Virus record (IMG/VR): IMGVR_UViG_3300020685_000002
DNA from: a virus
Taxonomy: Duplodnaviria > Heunggongvirae > Uroviricota > Caudoviricetes
DNA: 64,000 nucleotides
Strand: one strand, 5' to 3'
Of this stretch, positions 1 to 9,132 are shown piece after piece. The position numbers were made by a program, and so were the translations under genes. The notes below the pieces were generated by a model, which saw only the letters and a list, made by a program, of their open reading frames with translations, searched no databases and was not told where the DNA came from. Numbering within the stretch: position 1 is the first letter of the stretch; every line of letters begins with the position of its first letter.

Positions 1-1634
1 TTGGGAAAGATACTCCTGCGCAGGAAGTTTTACCCTCGTTTTCTCCACCTGTGCTAGATGATGGTGCTGTAACCATAACGGCTGCAGCACATTATGGAAC
101 AAGCATTGATTTAGATTCAAATTATAAGAATGATGTTGAGTTAATTACTCGGTATCGTGAAATGGCAATGCAACCAGAAATTGAAACTGCTGTTGACGAC
201 ATTATCAATGAAGCAGTAATTCATGACGAAGATGAATCAGTTAAAATTGTCTCAGATAATATCAAAGCCTCTCCAAAAGTAAGAGCTGCTATTGATGAAG
301 AATTCCAAAATATCTTAACTCTTTTAAATTTCAAAAATTTAGGCCAAGATATATTCAGAAGATATTATGTTGATGGAAGATTATTTTATAATATCATTCT
401 AGATAAAGAAAATCCACAAGCAGGTATTCAAGAATTACGTTATACTGATCCAAGAAAACTTACTAAAATCAGAGAAATAAAAAAAGTAAAAGATAAAACT
501 ACTGGTTTTGATATTGTGCAAGGATTTGCTGAATATTATATTTATTCAGATTCGATTTCTACAAAATCGAATTTATCTAATTCTGGACTAAGAATTGCTC
601 CAGATTCTATTATTTCTGTGACAAGCGGACTATTAGATTCAAAACGATCTATAATATTAAGTTATTTACATAAAAGTATTAAACCTCTCAATCAATTAAG
701 AATGATTGAAGATGCTACTATTATATATAAAATCTCTAGAGCTCCAGAAAGAAGAATATTTTATATAGATGTTGGAAATTTGCCGAAAATGAAGGCAGAA
801 CAATATCTTAAAGATATTATGACAAAATACAAAAATAAAGTTGTATATGATGCAAACACTGGTGCAATTCGTGATGATAGAAGATTTCTTTCTATGCAAG
901 AAGATTTCTGGTTACCAAGAAGAAATGGACAATCAACTGAAATTACAACATTACCATCATCAGCAGCATTTGATGATATGTCAATGATTGAATATTTTGA
1001 AAAGAAATTATATAAATCTTTAAATGTTCCATATTCAAGACTAATTCAATCTGATTCTCCTTTTGATGCAGGAAATCCGGACCAAATATCTAGAGACGAA
1101 ATTAAATTTGCAAAATTTATTAATAGATTAAGATTAAAATTTACTGATTTATTTGATCAAGCATTAAGAGTTCAATGTTACTTAAAAGGTATTTGTTCTC
1201 AAGAAGAATTTGATACATATAAACAACATATCTATTATGATTTTAAGATAGATAACCATTATGCAGAATTAATTGATGCACAACTATTGCAAAGTAGAAT
1301 GGGTGTTCTTGATTCTGTTGCCCCCTATGTTGGGAAATATTATTCACAACAATGGATTCAGAAAAATATATTACAATTTTCTGATGAAGATATTAAACAA
1401 ATGGCAAAAGAGATTACAGATGAAGTTAAAGATGGATGGTATCCTGACCCAAAACTTGCTGCAACAGATCCATCTTTAGGTGGTTTACCTCCTGATGGGA
1501 GCCAAGACTCTTTGCCTGTTTCAGATAATACTGATGCTAGCAACGATCAACAAGATGAACCACAAAATAAACCTGTAAAAAAACAAAAAGATTCTGATCA
1601 ACAATCTAATAACCCATATTATACTAATGGCTAA
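1..1634 (+). CDS. 20: Portal vertex protein gp20, 5'-truncated by the window edge. The track ORF starts at GTG 51, but the frame is open back to nt 3.
   Basis: By-eye alignment to T4 gp20 (PKLDDGAREF.. vs PPVLDDGAVTI.., LxDA..IYxIxRAPxRR, YDAxTGxI). The frame has no stop between nt 3 and 51, so the start lies upstream of the window. Confidence 0.9.
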   Translation, partial: GKDTPAQEVLPSFSPPVLDDGAVTITAAAHYGTSIDLDSNYKNDVELITRYREMAMQPEIETAVDDIINEAVIHDEDESVKIVSDNIKASPKVRAAIDEEFQNILTLLNFKNLGQDIFRRYYVDGRLFYNIILDKENPQAGIQELRYTDPRKLTKIREIKKVKDKTTGFDIVQGFAEYYIYSDSISTKSNLSNSGLRIAPDSIISVTSGLLDSKRSIILSYLHKSIKPLNQLRMIEDATIIYKISRAPERRIFYIDVGNLPKMKAEQYLKDIMTKYKNKVVYDANTGAIRDDRRFLSMQEDFWLPRRNGQSTEITTLPSSAAFDDMSMIEYFEKKLYKSLNVPYSRLIQSDSPFDAGNPDQISRDEIKFAKFINRLRLKFTDLFDQALRVQCYLKGICSQEEFDTYKQHIYYDFKIDNHYAELIDAQLLQSRMGVLDSVAPYVGKYYSQQWIQKNILQFSDEDIKQMAKEITDEVKDGWYPDPKLAATDPSLGGLPPDGSQDSLPVSDNTDASNDQQDEPQNKPVKKQKDSDQQSNNPYYTNG

Positions 1635-2046
1635 ACATATAAAAAAAGATTTACCACAAGTTTTGGTATTAAAACGGCAGTTTATTCAAAGATTTCCAAA
1701 TGGACAAATGGTTGCATTATATCATTCTGATCATTTAAATCAATTTGTTACTGTTCCTTTAGACAATTCACAATTTTCTTCTAATACAGTTGAAAGCGTT
1801 TTAGAAAGATTAAATTATATCTCAGAAAATGATGATGTCGAAACATTAGTATTTGAAGATCTATCTGAATTGAATATAAATAAAGAATGTGCTGATATAA
1901 TGTTAGAATTTATTGCATCTCAACCGGAATTATTAGAAGCAATTGTTGTTTCTGATAAAAAATTCTTAGAATTATTAGAACAGGCTGTAAATTTATCATC
2001 AGATATACCGGAATCTGAATCAAATCAGGAGTTAGAAGAACAATGA
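1627..2046 (+). CDS. Prohead core protein, gp67/gp68-like, with an acidic C-terminus.
   Basis: It sits between g20 and g21 as in T4. It is 139 aa with an acidic tail (ESESNQELEEQ) and overlaps the g20 stop. Confidence 0.45.
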   Translation: MAKHIKKDLPQVLVLKRQFIQRFPNGQMVALYHSDHLNQFVTVPLDNSQFSSNTVESVLERLNYISENDDVETLVFEDLSELNINKECADIMLEFIASQPELLEAIVVSDKKFLELLEQAVNLSSDIPESESNQELEEQ

Positions 2047-2693
2047 AATTATTAAACGAATTTACAGAATCGGTCTCAACTAATGTGTTGGTTGAAGAAA
2101 CGACTGGCAAAAAATCTTATAAAATTAATGGTCCATTTATTCATACAGAAGAAGCAAATAGAAATGGTCGTATTTATATAAAAGAACATATGCTTCCGGA
2201 AGTTTCTAGATATAAAAAAGATTTTGTAGATACAAGAAGAGCATTAGGAGAACTTTCTCACCCAGAAGGTCCAGCAATCAACCCTGATAAAGTTTCTCAT
2301 TTAATTACAAAATTAGAATTTGTTGATAATTTGTGCATTGGCGAGGCAACAATTCTAGATACCCCGAATGGTAATATCGTTAAATCATTTATTGATGCTG
2401 GAGTAAATTTTGGCGTCTCAACTAGAGGTCTTGGTTCGATCAAAGAATCTGGCGGTTTGAAATATGTCCAACCAGATTTTCGCTTAGTTACAGTAGATAT
2501 AGTTTTAGATCCATCTGGAAAAGCGTGTTATGTCGAAGGATTGATGGAAGGAAAAGAATGGATGTATGTTGATGGGAAAGGTTGGGTAGAACAATACCTT
2601 GAAGAATCGCGAAAAACCTTAAAAACACTAAAAGCTAAAGATGTTGAACCAATGGCGTTACAAATTTTTGAGAATTTTCTCGCAAAATTATAA
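2043..2693 (+). CDS. 21: Prohead core protease gp21.
   Basis: ALGELSHP....STRGLGS motifs match the T4 gp21 protease. The position is syntenic. Confidence 0.88.
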   Translation: MKLLNEFTESVSTNVLVEETTGKKSYKINGPFIHTEEANRNGRIYIKEHMLPEVSRYKKDFVDTRRALGELSHPEGPAINPDKVSHLITKLEFVDNLCIGEATILDTPNGNIVKSFIDAGVNFGVSTRGLGSIKESGGLKYVQPDFRLVTVDIVLDPSGKACYVEGLMEGKEWMYVDGKGWVEQYLEESRKTLKTLKAKDVEPMALQIFENFLAKL

Positions 2694-2696
2694 CTT

Positions 2697-2704
2697 TTAT
2701 AAAT
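2697..2704 (+). promoter_or_regulatory. T4-type late promoter box TATAAATA upstream of g22.
   Basis: An exact TATAAATA lies about 30 nt upstream of the g22 ATG, with an AAGAGGA ribosome-binding site. Confidence 0.5.
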
Positions 2705-2735
2705 AATACTAAACGAAATCTAAGAGGATATATAC

Positions 2736-3827
2736 ATGTCAAAAGAAAAAAATTTGAATCTTTCTGAAGCTGCATTAGAGATTCTGAACACAAACGTAAA
2801 AACAAAAGATGCTAGCCAAGATAAATTCGGCCAAGGCGAAAAATTAAAAGATACAGTAAATAAAAGTGCTTCTGATATCGGAAGTGCAAGTTTTGCAGAA
2901 TATGATTTGAAAGATGTTCCTACTGCAACTGCTCCAGGAGAAACTCCTCCTGTTGGCTCAGAACCAATTAAAAAATTAGCTCCTCAACCAGCAGAAACTT
3001 CAACAGCTGTTGATACTAAAGTTGACCAATTACCTAAAAAGGGAAAATTTGTTAACGAAGAGGAAGAAGTTGATGAAACTGAATCTGAAGAAGAAGTTAA
3101 TGAAGATATCGAAGCATTAATGGCTGGCGAAAACCTTTCTGAAGAATTTAAAAAGAAAGCTACTGCTATCTTTGAAGCTGCTGTTAAAGCAAAAGTTTCT
3201 GAATTAGCTGAAGAATTAGAAGCACAATATGTTGCTCAATTCGAAGAAGCTTATGAAGAAATGAAAGAAGATTTCTCAACAAAAGTAGACGAATATTTAG
3301 ATTACGTTGTTGAATCTTGGTTAGAAGAAAATACTCTTGCTATTGAATCAGGTCTAAGAACTGAAATAGCTGAAGGTTTTATGGAATCATTAAAAGCAGT
3401 GTTCGAAGAGCACTATATTGATATCCCTGAAGAAAAATTTGATGTAGTTGAAAGTTTAACTTCTAAAGTAGAAGTTTTAGAAAAACAAGTCAATGAAGAA
3501 ATGACAAAAAACATTAACTTGAAACAAAAATTGTCAGAACAAAAGAAAGTAGAAGCTCTTCATGCAGTTTGTGAAGGATTAACTTTATCTCAAGCAGAAA
3601 AAATTAAATCTATCGCCGAGGGTGTAGAATTTGTTTCTGATGAAGATTTCGTAAATCAAATGGAAGACATTAAAGAATCTTATTTCTCTACTGCTACTTC
3701 TGTTAAACCCGCTTCGAAAGAATCTTTGAACGATGTAGTAGAATTAATCGAAGAAAAAGAACAAAAAGTTGTTGATCCAGTTATCGCAGCTTATGCTTCT
3801 AAAATTTCTCAAACACTATTAAAATAA
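2736..3827 (+). CDS. 22: Prohead scaffolding core protein gp22.
   Basis: The protein is acidic and Glu/Lys-rich with coiled-coil character. It lies between g21 and g23. Confidence 0.8.
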   Translation: MSKEKNLNLSEAALEILNTNVKTKDASQDKFGQGEKLKDTVNKSASDIGSASFAEYDLKDVPTATAPGETPPVGSEPIKKLAPQPAETSTAVDTKVDQLPKKGKFVNEEEEVDETESEEEVNEDIEALMAGENLSEEFKKKATAIFEAAVKAKVSELAEELEAQYVAQFEEAYEEMKEDFSTKVDEYLDYVVESWLEENTLAIESGLRTEIAEGFMESLKAVFEEHYIDIPEEKFDVVESLTSKVEVLEKQVNEEMTKNINLKQKLSEQKKVEALHAVCEGLTLSQAEKIKSIAEGVEFVSDEDFVNQMEDIKESYFSTATSVKPASKESLNDVVELIEEKEQKVVDPVIAAYASKISQTLLK

Positions 3828-3861
3828 AAATACTTTAGAAAATAAAAAGGAGTTGTAAAAA

Positions 3862-5184
3862 ATGGCATTATTAAACGAAGAATTAAACCTAAAATGGGGT
3901 CCAATTTTAGAGCACCCTGAATTAACTAGCATTTCTGATCCATATAAAAAAGCAGTTACTGCTATTATTTTAGAAAATCAACAAAATGCAATGGATGCTG
4001 ATCGTCAAACTTTGAACGAAACAACAACTAACGTTGCTGGTGGTATTTCAAATTTTGATCCAATCTTAATCAGCTTAGTACGTCGTGCGCTTCCTAACTT
4101 AATTGCTTATGATATCGCTGGCGTTCAACCAATGACTGGCCCAACTGGTTTGATCTTTGCATTACGTTCACGTTACGGTTCACAATCTGGCGCCGAAGCT
4201 TTCTACAATGAAGCTAATACTATCTTCTCTGGTATTATTGGTAATACTCCAGCAGGTAATACTGGTTCTACTACTGCTTCTGCTGCTTCTGCAAATAGTG
4301 CTGTTGATTCTACTGGTCCATTAGCTTTATCTAGTTTTGATACTGGTACTGGTTTAACTACTGCTTTGGGTGAAGTTTTAGGTGCATCAAACGCTTTCCC
4401 TGAAATGGGTATCTCTATCGAGAAAGTAACTGTTTCTGCTAAAACTCGTGCATTGAAAGCTGAGTACTCTTTAGAAATGGCACAAGACTTAAAAGCAATT
4501 CATGGTCTTGACGCTGAAACTGAATTGTCTAATATTCTTTCTACTGAAATTTTATCAGAAATCAACCGTGAAGTTATCCGTACTATCTACACTGTAGCTA
4601 AAGCTGGTGCTCAATTCGGTACTGTAACTCCTGGTATATTTGATTTAGATACTGACTCAAATGGTCGTTGGTCAGTTGAGCGTTTCAAAGGTTTGATTTA
4701 TCATATCGAAAGAGAAGCTAACCAAATCGCGAAAACTACTCGTAGAGGAAAAGGTAACATCTTAATCGTTTCTTCTGATGTTGCTTCTGCTTTAGCAATG
4801 GCTGGTGTATTACAATATACTCCTGCTCTTTCTGCTGATCTACAAGTAGATGACACTGGAAATACTTTTGCTGGTTTGTTACATGGTCGTATCAAAGTTT
4901 ATATCGATCCTTATTTTGGTGGTTCTGCACAAAACGTAGAATTATGTACTGTTGGTTATAAAGGTACTTCTCCTTATGATTCAGGTTTATTCTACTGCCC
5001 ATACGTTCCTTTACAAATGGTTCGTGCAGTTGATCCTTCAACTTTCCAACCAAAAATTGGATTTAAGACTCGTTACGGTTTAGTTGCTAATCCTTTTGCT
5101 GAAGGTTTAAACCAAGGTTTAGGACAATTAAATGCTCGTGCAAACTTATATTACAGAATTTTTGCTATCAAAAACTTAATGTAA
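3862..5184 (+). CDS. 23: Major capsid protein gp23.
   Basis: The 440 aa protein sits in the syntenic position after g22. It has a strong AAGGAG ribosome-binding site and codon usage typical of a highly expressed gene. Sequence features match T4-like gp23 (LNEELNLKWGP.., GVQPMTGPTGLIFALR). Confidence 0.9.
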   Translation: MALLNEELNLKWGPILEHPELTSISDPYKKAVTAIILENQQNAMDADRQTLNETTTNVAGGISNFDPILISLVRRALPNLIAYDIAGVQPMTGPTGLIFALRSRYGSQSGAEAFYNEANTIFSGIIGNTPAGNTGSTTASAASANSAVDSTGPLALSSFDTGTGLTTALGEVLGASNAFPEMGISIEKVTVSAKTRALKAEYSLEMAQDLKAIHGLDAETELSNILSTEILSEINREVIRTIYTVAKAGAQFGTVTPGIFDLDTDSNGRWSVERFKGLIYHIEREANQIAKTTRRGKGNILIVSSDVASALAMAGVLQYTPALSADLQVDDTGNTFAGLLHGRIKVYIDPYFGGSAQNVELCTVGYKGTSPYDSGLFYCPYVPLQMVRAVDPSTFQPKIGFKTRYGLVANPFAEGLNQGLGQLNARANLYYRIFAIKNLM

Positions 5185-5211
5185 TAGAAACTATAACTTC
5201 GGTTATATTAG

Positions 5212-5239
5212 GAAAGGGGCTGAAAAGCCCCTTTTTTAT
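5212..5239. terminator. Rho-independent terminator that may serve both convergent genes.
   Basis: AAGGGGC-TGAAAA-GCCCCTT hairpin followed by T6. It lies between the g23 stop and the stop of the minus-strand gene. Confidence 0.75.
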
Positions 5240-5241
5240 GC

Positions 5242-6582
5242 TTAAAAGAAAGAATCAAAAGTAACAATTTCTTCTTCAATAAAATGATCTTTCCATAATT
5301 TATCAGCAACCCTTTTTACTTCAGGATTCTCTTTTCCAACAAGGGGTTGTTCATATTCTCCGCTATTATTACCTCCAAATGCAAGATTAATGAATTGTGA
5401 AGCAATAGTTTTTCTATCAAACGATAAAAGTTTCTTTTGATTGTTTTTAATAATTTTAAGATAATCTTTTTCATTAATATTAAAATATTGATTGATAAGA
5501 TCACCAAACTCTTTTGGTGTTGCATCATGAGGAATCATTAAATAATTTTCGTTTGGTTTAAATACTTCACCAATACCTTTTTCGTTGTCTGAAACTCCAA
5601 AATTTCTAGCAATAGGGACAACACCATTAAGCATAGAATCAACAATTACTCTATTAAAATGTTCTCCATAATTCATAGACCAACTAGGATCTAATAAAAA
5701 TTTACATGTATCAAGAATTTCGTCACGCTTATTTTCGGTAATAAATCCAATATATGAGAATTTTCCTGAATTTGCAGCATTGTCCCAAATTGGCATATTT
5801 AATCTATCACTACCAGCATTTGGATCTAATTGTTTTGTACAATGATATTCTGGCTTACACTTATCAACGGAAGTCATATAATTCCTTTCAATCCCATCAC
5901 CAGCTACAATAACATATCCATCAATATAGGGAACTGCTGCAATTAAATCATCAACCCTTTTCCACCGCTTAAATGTTTGTAAAGATAAAATTTTATCTTC
6001 TTTTAAAGCAAAAGATGGTATTTTCTGTTTTGATAAATCTTGAGGATTTAAAATTAAATTTCTTGGAACAGTTAAAAAATTAGCTGATTTTACTGCTGAT
6101 GGGTGAACACAAGCAAGACCTGAAAATTTATGTTGAAATTTATATATCCAAGAATAATTCTTAATAAGATTTCCGTCATGAATAACAACAATTTGTTTTG
6201 CTGTTACATCTTCAATCATTGGAGTCCAATCAAGAAAGTGTTCTGTTTCTGAATTTTTAAACCCAAAAATAGATTGCCAAATAACCAAATCATGTTTATT
6301 TGCATCTTCCACAAATCTAGAAATTTCATTAGTGTTCTTTAAAGCATAATACGGACAAATCCAACCCTTTCCTTGATGGACTGGATATCCAGTCCCCACA
6401 CCAATCTCATATCCTTCTTTTAAAGAATAATCAAGATCTCCTTTCTGAGGAGTTTTTGTTGGTTTCACAAATGCAAATGTCACATCATGACCAAGTTCTT
6501 TTAATCCAGCACATAACTGCTCATTATGATTAATAATTCCACCAAAATTATTAAACACATGCATAACTACAAATATTTTCAT
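5242..6582 (-). CDS. GT-B fold glycosyltransferase (GT1/GT4-like).
   Basis: N-terminus MKIFVVMHVFNNFGGIINH...GHDV is typical of a GT-B N-domain. The C-domain carries VIVAGDG and an E..F.RV..D.M..G.PI nucleotide-sugar-binding signature. Confidence 0.55.
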   Translation of the reverse strand: MKIFVVMHVFNNFGGIINHNEQLCAGLKELGHDVTFAFVKPTKTPQKGDLDYSLKEGYEIGVGTGYPVHQGKGWICPYYALKNTNEISRFVEDANKHDLVIWQSIFGFKNSETEHFLDWTPMIEDVTAKQIVVIHDGNLIKNYSWIYKFQHKFSGLACVHPSAVKSANFLTVPRNLILNPQDLSKQKIPSFALKEDKILSLQTFKRWKRVDDLIAAVPYIDGYVIVAGDGIERNYMTSVDKCKPEYHCTKQLDPNAGSDRLNMPIWDNAANSGKFSYIGFITENKRDEILDTCKFLLDPSWSMNYGEHFNRVIVDSMLNGVVPIARNFGVSDNEKGIGEVFKPNENYLMIPHDATPKEFGDLINQYFNINEKDYLKIIKNNQKKLLSFDRKTIASQFINLAFGGNNSGEYEQPLVGKENPEVKRVADKLWKDHFIEEEIVTFDSFF

Positions 6583-6594
6583 TTAATTCTCGCC

Positions 6595-8013
6595 TCAGAA
6601 GAAATCTTCAATACCATTTAATTCAAATGATTTTTTTAACCATGGATGATGTTTTTCTAACCATTCATCACCTTGATCGCCTTTGGATTTTAAATAATCA
6701 TACCACTCTTTTGCTCTAGCATAATCGTGATGTTTGTCTTCAGAGTCAGCCCACATTCCTGGACTTATTCCATTCCAACGGTTTCTTTGTTCTGGATGAT
6801 CTTTGTTTAATCTTCTTGATTCAACAAATATTCTTCTTTCTTGTTCATACTCAAAAGAACCTAATTCAGCCATAGATTCATGAGTAAATGCAATTATTGA
6901 TAATCTTTCTGCATCAGGATCCTCAAGAACAATTGGTGTATTTCCATGTAAACCAACAGTATTTAAAACTAATAATAAATCTCTTGGTCTAACATTTACA
7001 GCATAACCAATTTCAGGGAATGTTAGATAACCACCAGAAAACTTATCATTATTGCTCATGACACATAAATTTGCCATCCCTAATTCCATATTCTTGGCGT
7101 CATGATGTGCTGCAGTTCTAAAATTACGATTCACAGTTACTGTTGTAAATGGAGTTCCTGGAACTCGAAATTTAGAATCAATTTTTTCTGCTACTTCCAT
7201 TTGATTACTAAATCTCCATGGAAGTAATTCTTTAAATCCTTTAGATAAGGATTGTAAAAATGGATATGCTAATGCAAATTCTTCTGGATTATCTCTGGTA
7301 TAAGATGTTGCTCTACCATATGGAATTCTTGGATATCTTGAATACCAACCAGAAATGCCACTATTAACAACATTAGCATAAGTTGTATCGCTAATATAAT
7401 TATCTAAAATATCTTGTGCTTTCTTTTTTGCAATATCTACCTCTTCGTCACACAATGAATTTGCAAAATCATCAAATATAAAATTATTTGCTTTGATTTT
7501 TTCGGTCAACCAAACAACACCCCTACTCTCATCAGATTTTAATGTTTTATATTTCTCTCTAATTATATTAATTTCTTTTCTTGGATTTCTTTCTCCAAAA
7601 ATATCAGAAATATTATTTTTTAAAAAATGTTCAAGAATATCGAATTGCTCATCTGTAACCCATTCTCTTCCGCCACATGTACCTGTTCTTGGTCCACCAG
7701 CAATACCTCTATTTTGAGTTTCAACTGCTGCTTCTCGTAATCCAGCATAAGCTGAATCAGCTTCTTCTTGTGTAAAGAAGTTTTTACGGAATTTAAAAAC
7801 AATATTTTTTTCGTTCAACCCCTTTCCACAATGCCCACAATCCATATTTTTTTCACAATTTTCTTCAGCTGTGAAATCAGCACAATCTGGTGGTAAATAT
7901 ATATCACAATCTTCTTCTATCAATGTATGATAATGTGAATCATCTAACCATTGACCTATTAAATCTGGTCTTGGTATAACTTCTTCAGGTTTTAATACAA
8001 TTACTTTTGTCAT
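6595..8013 (-). CDS. 2OG-Fe(II) oxygenase of the P4H/lysyl-hydroxylase (P4Hc) type with a Cys-rich N-terminal region.
   Basis: AAHHDA...GG..F...LHG.TP....R.S.IAF resembles the PLOD/P4H HHDAS...H...R core (HxD..H plus a 2OG-binding Arg). The N-terminus carries the Cys-rich stretch CDIYLPPDC..CEKNMDCGHCGKG. Confidence 0.5.
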   Translation of the reverse strand: MTKVIVLKPEEVIPRPDLIGQWLDDSHYHTLIEEDCDIYLPPDCADFTAEENCEKNMDCGHCGKGLNEKNIVFKFRKNFFTQEEADSAYAGLREAAVETQNRGIAGGPRTGTCGGREWVTDEQFDILEHFLKNNISDIFGERNPRKEINIIREKYKTLKSDESRGVVWLTEKIKANNFIFDDFANSLCDEEVDIAKKKAQDILDNYISDTTYANVVNSGISGWYSRYPRIPYGRATSYTRDNPEEFALAYPFLQSLSKGFKELLPWRFSNQMEVAEKIDSKFRVPGTPFTTVTVNRNFRTAAHHDAKNMELGMANLCVMSNNDKFSGGYLTFPEIGYAVNVRPRDLLLVLNTVGLHGNTPIVLEDPDAERLSIIAFTHESMAELGSFEYEQERRIFVESRRLNKDHPEQRNRWNGISPGMWADSEDKHHDYARAKEWYDYLKSKGDQGDEWLEKHHPWLKKSFELNGIEDFF

Positions 8014-8092
8014 TTTTTGATCCTATTAATATTAATACTCATAGTTTACTATACTTTTTAAATAAAGTAAAGCGCTTTTTGTTATTTAGAAA

Positions 8093-8100
8093 AATATAAA
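8093..8100 (+). promoter_or_regulatory. Late promoter box TATAAATA upstream of g3.
   Basis: AAAATATAAATATAG lies about 30 nt upstream of the ATG at 8128. Confidence 0.45.
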
Positions 8101-8127
8101 TATAGTAATAAAACAAAGGAACTTAAA

Positions 8128-8658
8128 ATGGCTGCACAAGACTTTTCTCCATGTGATCAAGATATTTTGCAATCTGCAAAATTTATCTTTACTATTCCTA
8201 GATTAACCTCTACACAATTCTTTTGTCAGGCAGCAAATATTCCTGGAATATCAACACATGCAAAATATCAAACTACTACATTTTTAGACCTAGCAATTCC
8301 AGGCGATAAAATAATTTTTGAGGATTTAAATATAGAATTTTTGTTAGATGAGGAATTGCAGTCATGGATTGGAATAAGTGAATGGATGCGGGGTATTGCG
8401 TTTCCTGAAAATTTTGATCAATATATAAATTTAAGGCATCAATCAAAATATAGTGAACGAGTAGAATTCCCTCAATATGCTGATGCAGAATTGGTTGTTT
8501 TATCTTCATCAAATCAACCAACAGTAAAAGTATATTTTAAAGATTTATTTCCTATTTCTTTATCTGCGATAGACTTTGATATAAGATTGAGTTCTGAAAA
8601 AGTAATGACAGCATCTGCGTCCTTTAAATATAAAAGGTATGATGTAGAAATATTGTAG
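8128..8658 (+). CDS. 3: Tail completion and sheath stabiliser protein gp3 (tail-tube-like fold).
   Basis: It is 176 aa, the same length as T4 gp3. The g23-g3-uvsY-uvsW order is the one conserved in cyanomyoviruses. It shows weak tail-tube-family similarity. Confidence 0.55.
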   Translation: MAAQDFSPCDQDILQSAKFIFTIPRLTSTQFFCQAANIPGISTHAKYQTTTFLDLAIPGDKIIFEDLNIEFLLDEELQSWIGISEWMRGIAFPENFDQYINLRHQSKYSERVEFPQYADAELVVLSSSNQPTVKVYFKDLFPISLSAIDFDIRLSSEKVMTASASFKYKRYDVEIL

Positions 8659-8691
8659 TACCTATATAAATTTATTTGAGAATTAATTATT

Positions 8692-9132
8692 ATGCTAAAA
8701 CTTGATCAAATCATTGAGGAATGGAAATCTGATTGTAAAATAGATGAAACAGACCCTCAACACGAACTAATAAAAACCCCATTGCTCCATGCAAAATATA
8801 TTGAAATATTGTCTCAACAAAGACTAGCATCACATAAAATGAAATTTAACCACTCAAAAATGAAAAAAATCAGAAGGGAATATTATTTTGGGAATTTAGA
8901 CAAAGAAACCCTTGATGAATATGGGTGGGAGCAGTTTGATCTTAGGATTGGAACTAAAGGTAATGTAGATTACTACTTAGATTCAGACGAGAATTTAATA
9001 AGACTTCTTGAAAAAAAAGCTTATTATGATGAATGTGTATCAATATGCGAATCAATTCTAAAAGAATTGTCTGCTCGTACTTGGCAACTCAGGGAATTTA
9101 TGCAATATAACAAATTTTTGGCTGGTGGATAA
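8692..9132 (+). CDS. uvsY: Recombination mediator UvsY.
   Basis: The spacing pattern L..EL..D..ID.T.L....L.......YY.G......D.Y matches T4 UvsY. It is 146 aa and lies immediately upstream of uvsW. Confidence 0.7.
   Translation: MLKLDQIIEEWKSDCKIDETDPQHELIKTPLLHAKYIEILSQQRLASHKMKFNHSKMKKIRREYYFGNLDKETLDEYGWEQFDLRIGTKGNVDYYLDSDENLIRLLEKKAYYDECVSICESILKELSARTWQLREFMQYNKFLAGG

Noticed and set aside
696-899. Short opposite-strand or alternate-frame ORFs nested inside large genes (696-899, 1273-1479, 1358-1543, 1910-2110, 4701-4895, 5316-5528, 7493-7717, 7620-7802, 8276-8521, 13653-13892, 15292-15543 and others).
   Set aside because: They have low-complexity, Phe/Ile/Leu/Asn-rich composition typical of AT-rich antisense frames. 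They are fully embedded in well-supported CDSs and lack ribosome-binding sites.
6595-8013. A TET/JBP-type DNA base dioxygenase reading of the oxygenase.
   Set aside because: The HHDA...GG..F...H...R.S.IAF core matches P4H/PLOD-type protein hydroxylases better by eye. The DNA-modification reading is kept only as an alternative inside the finding.
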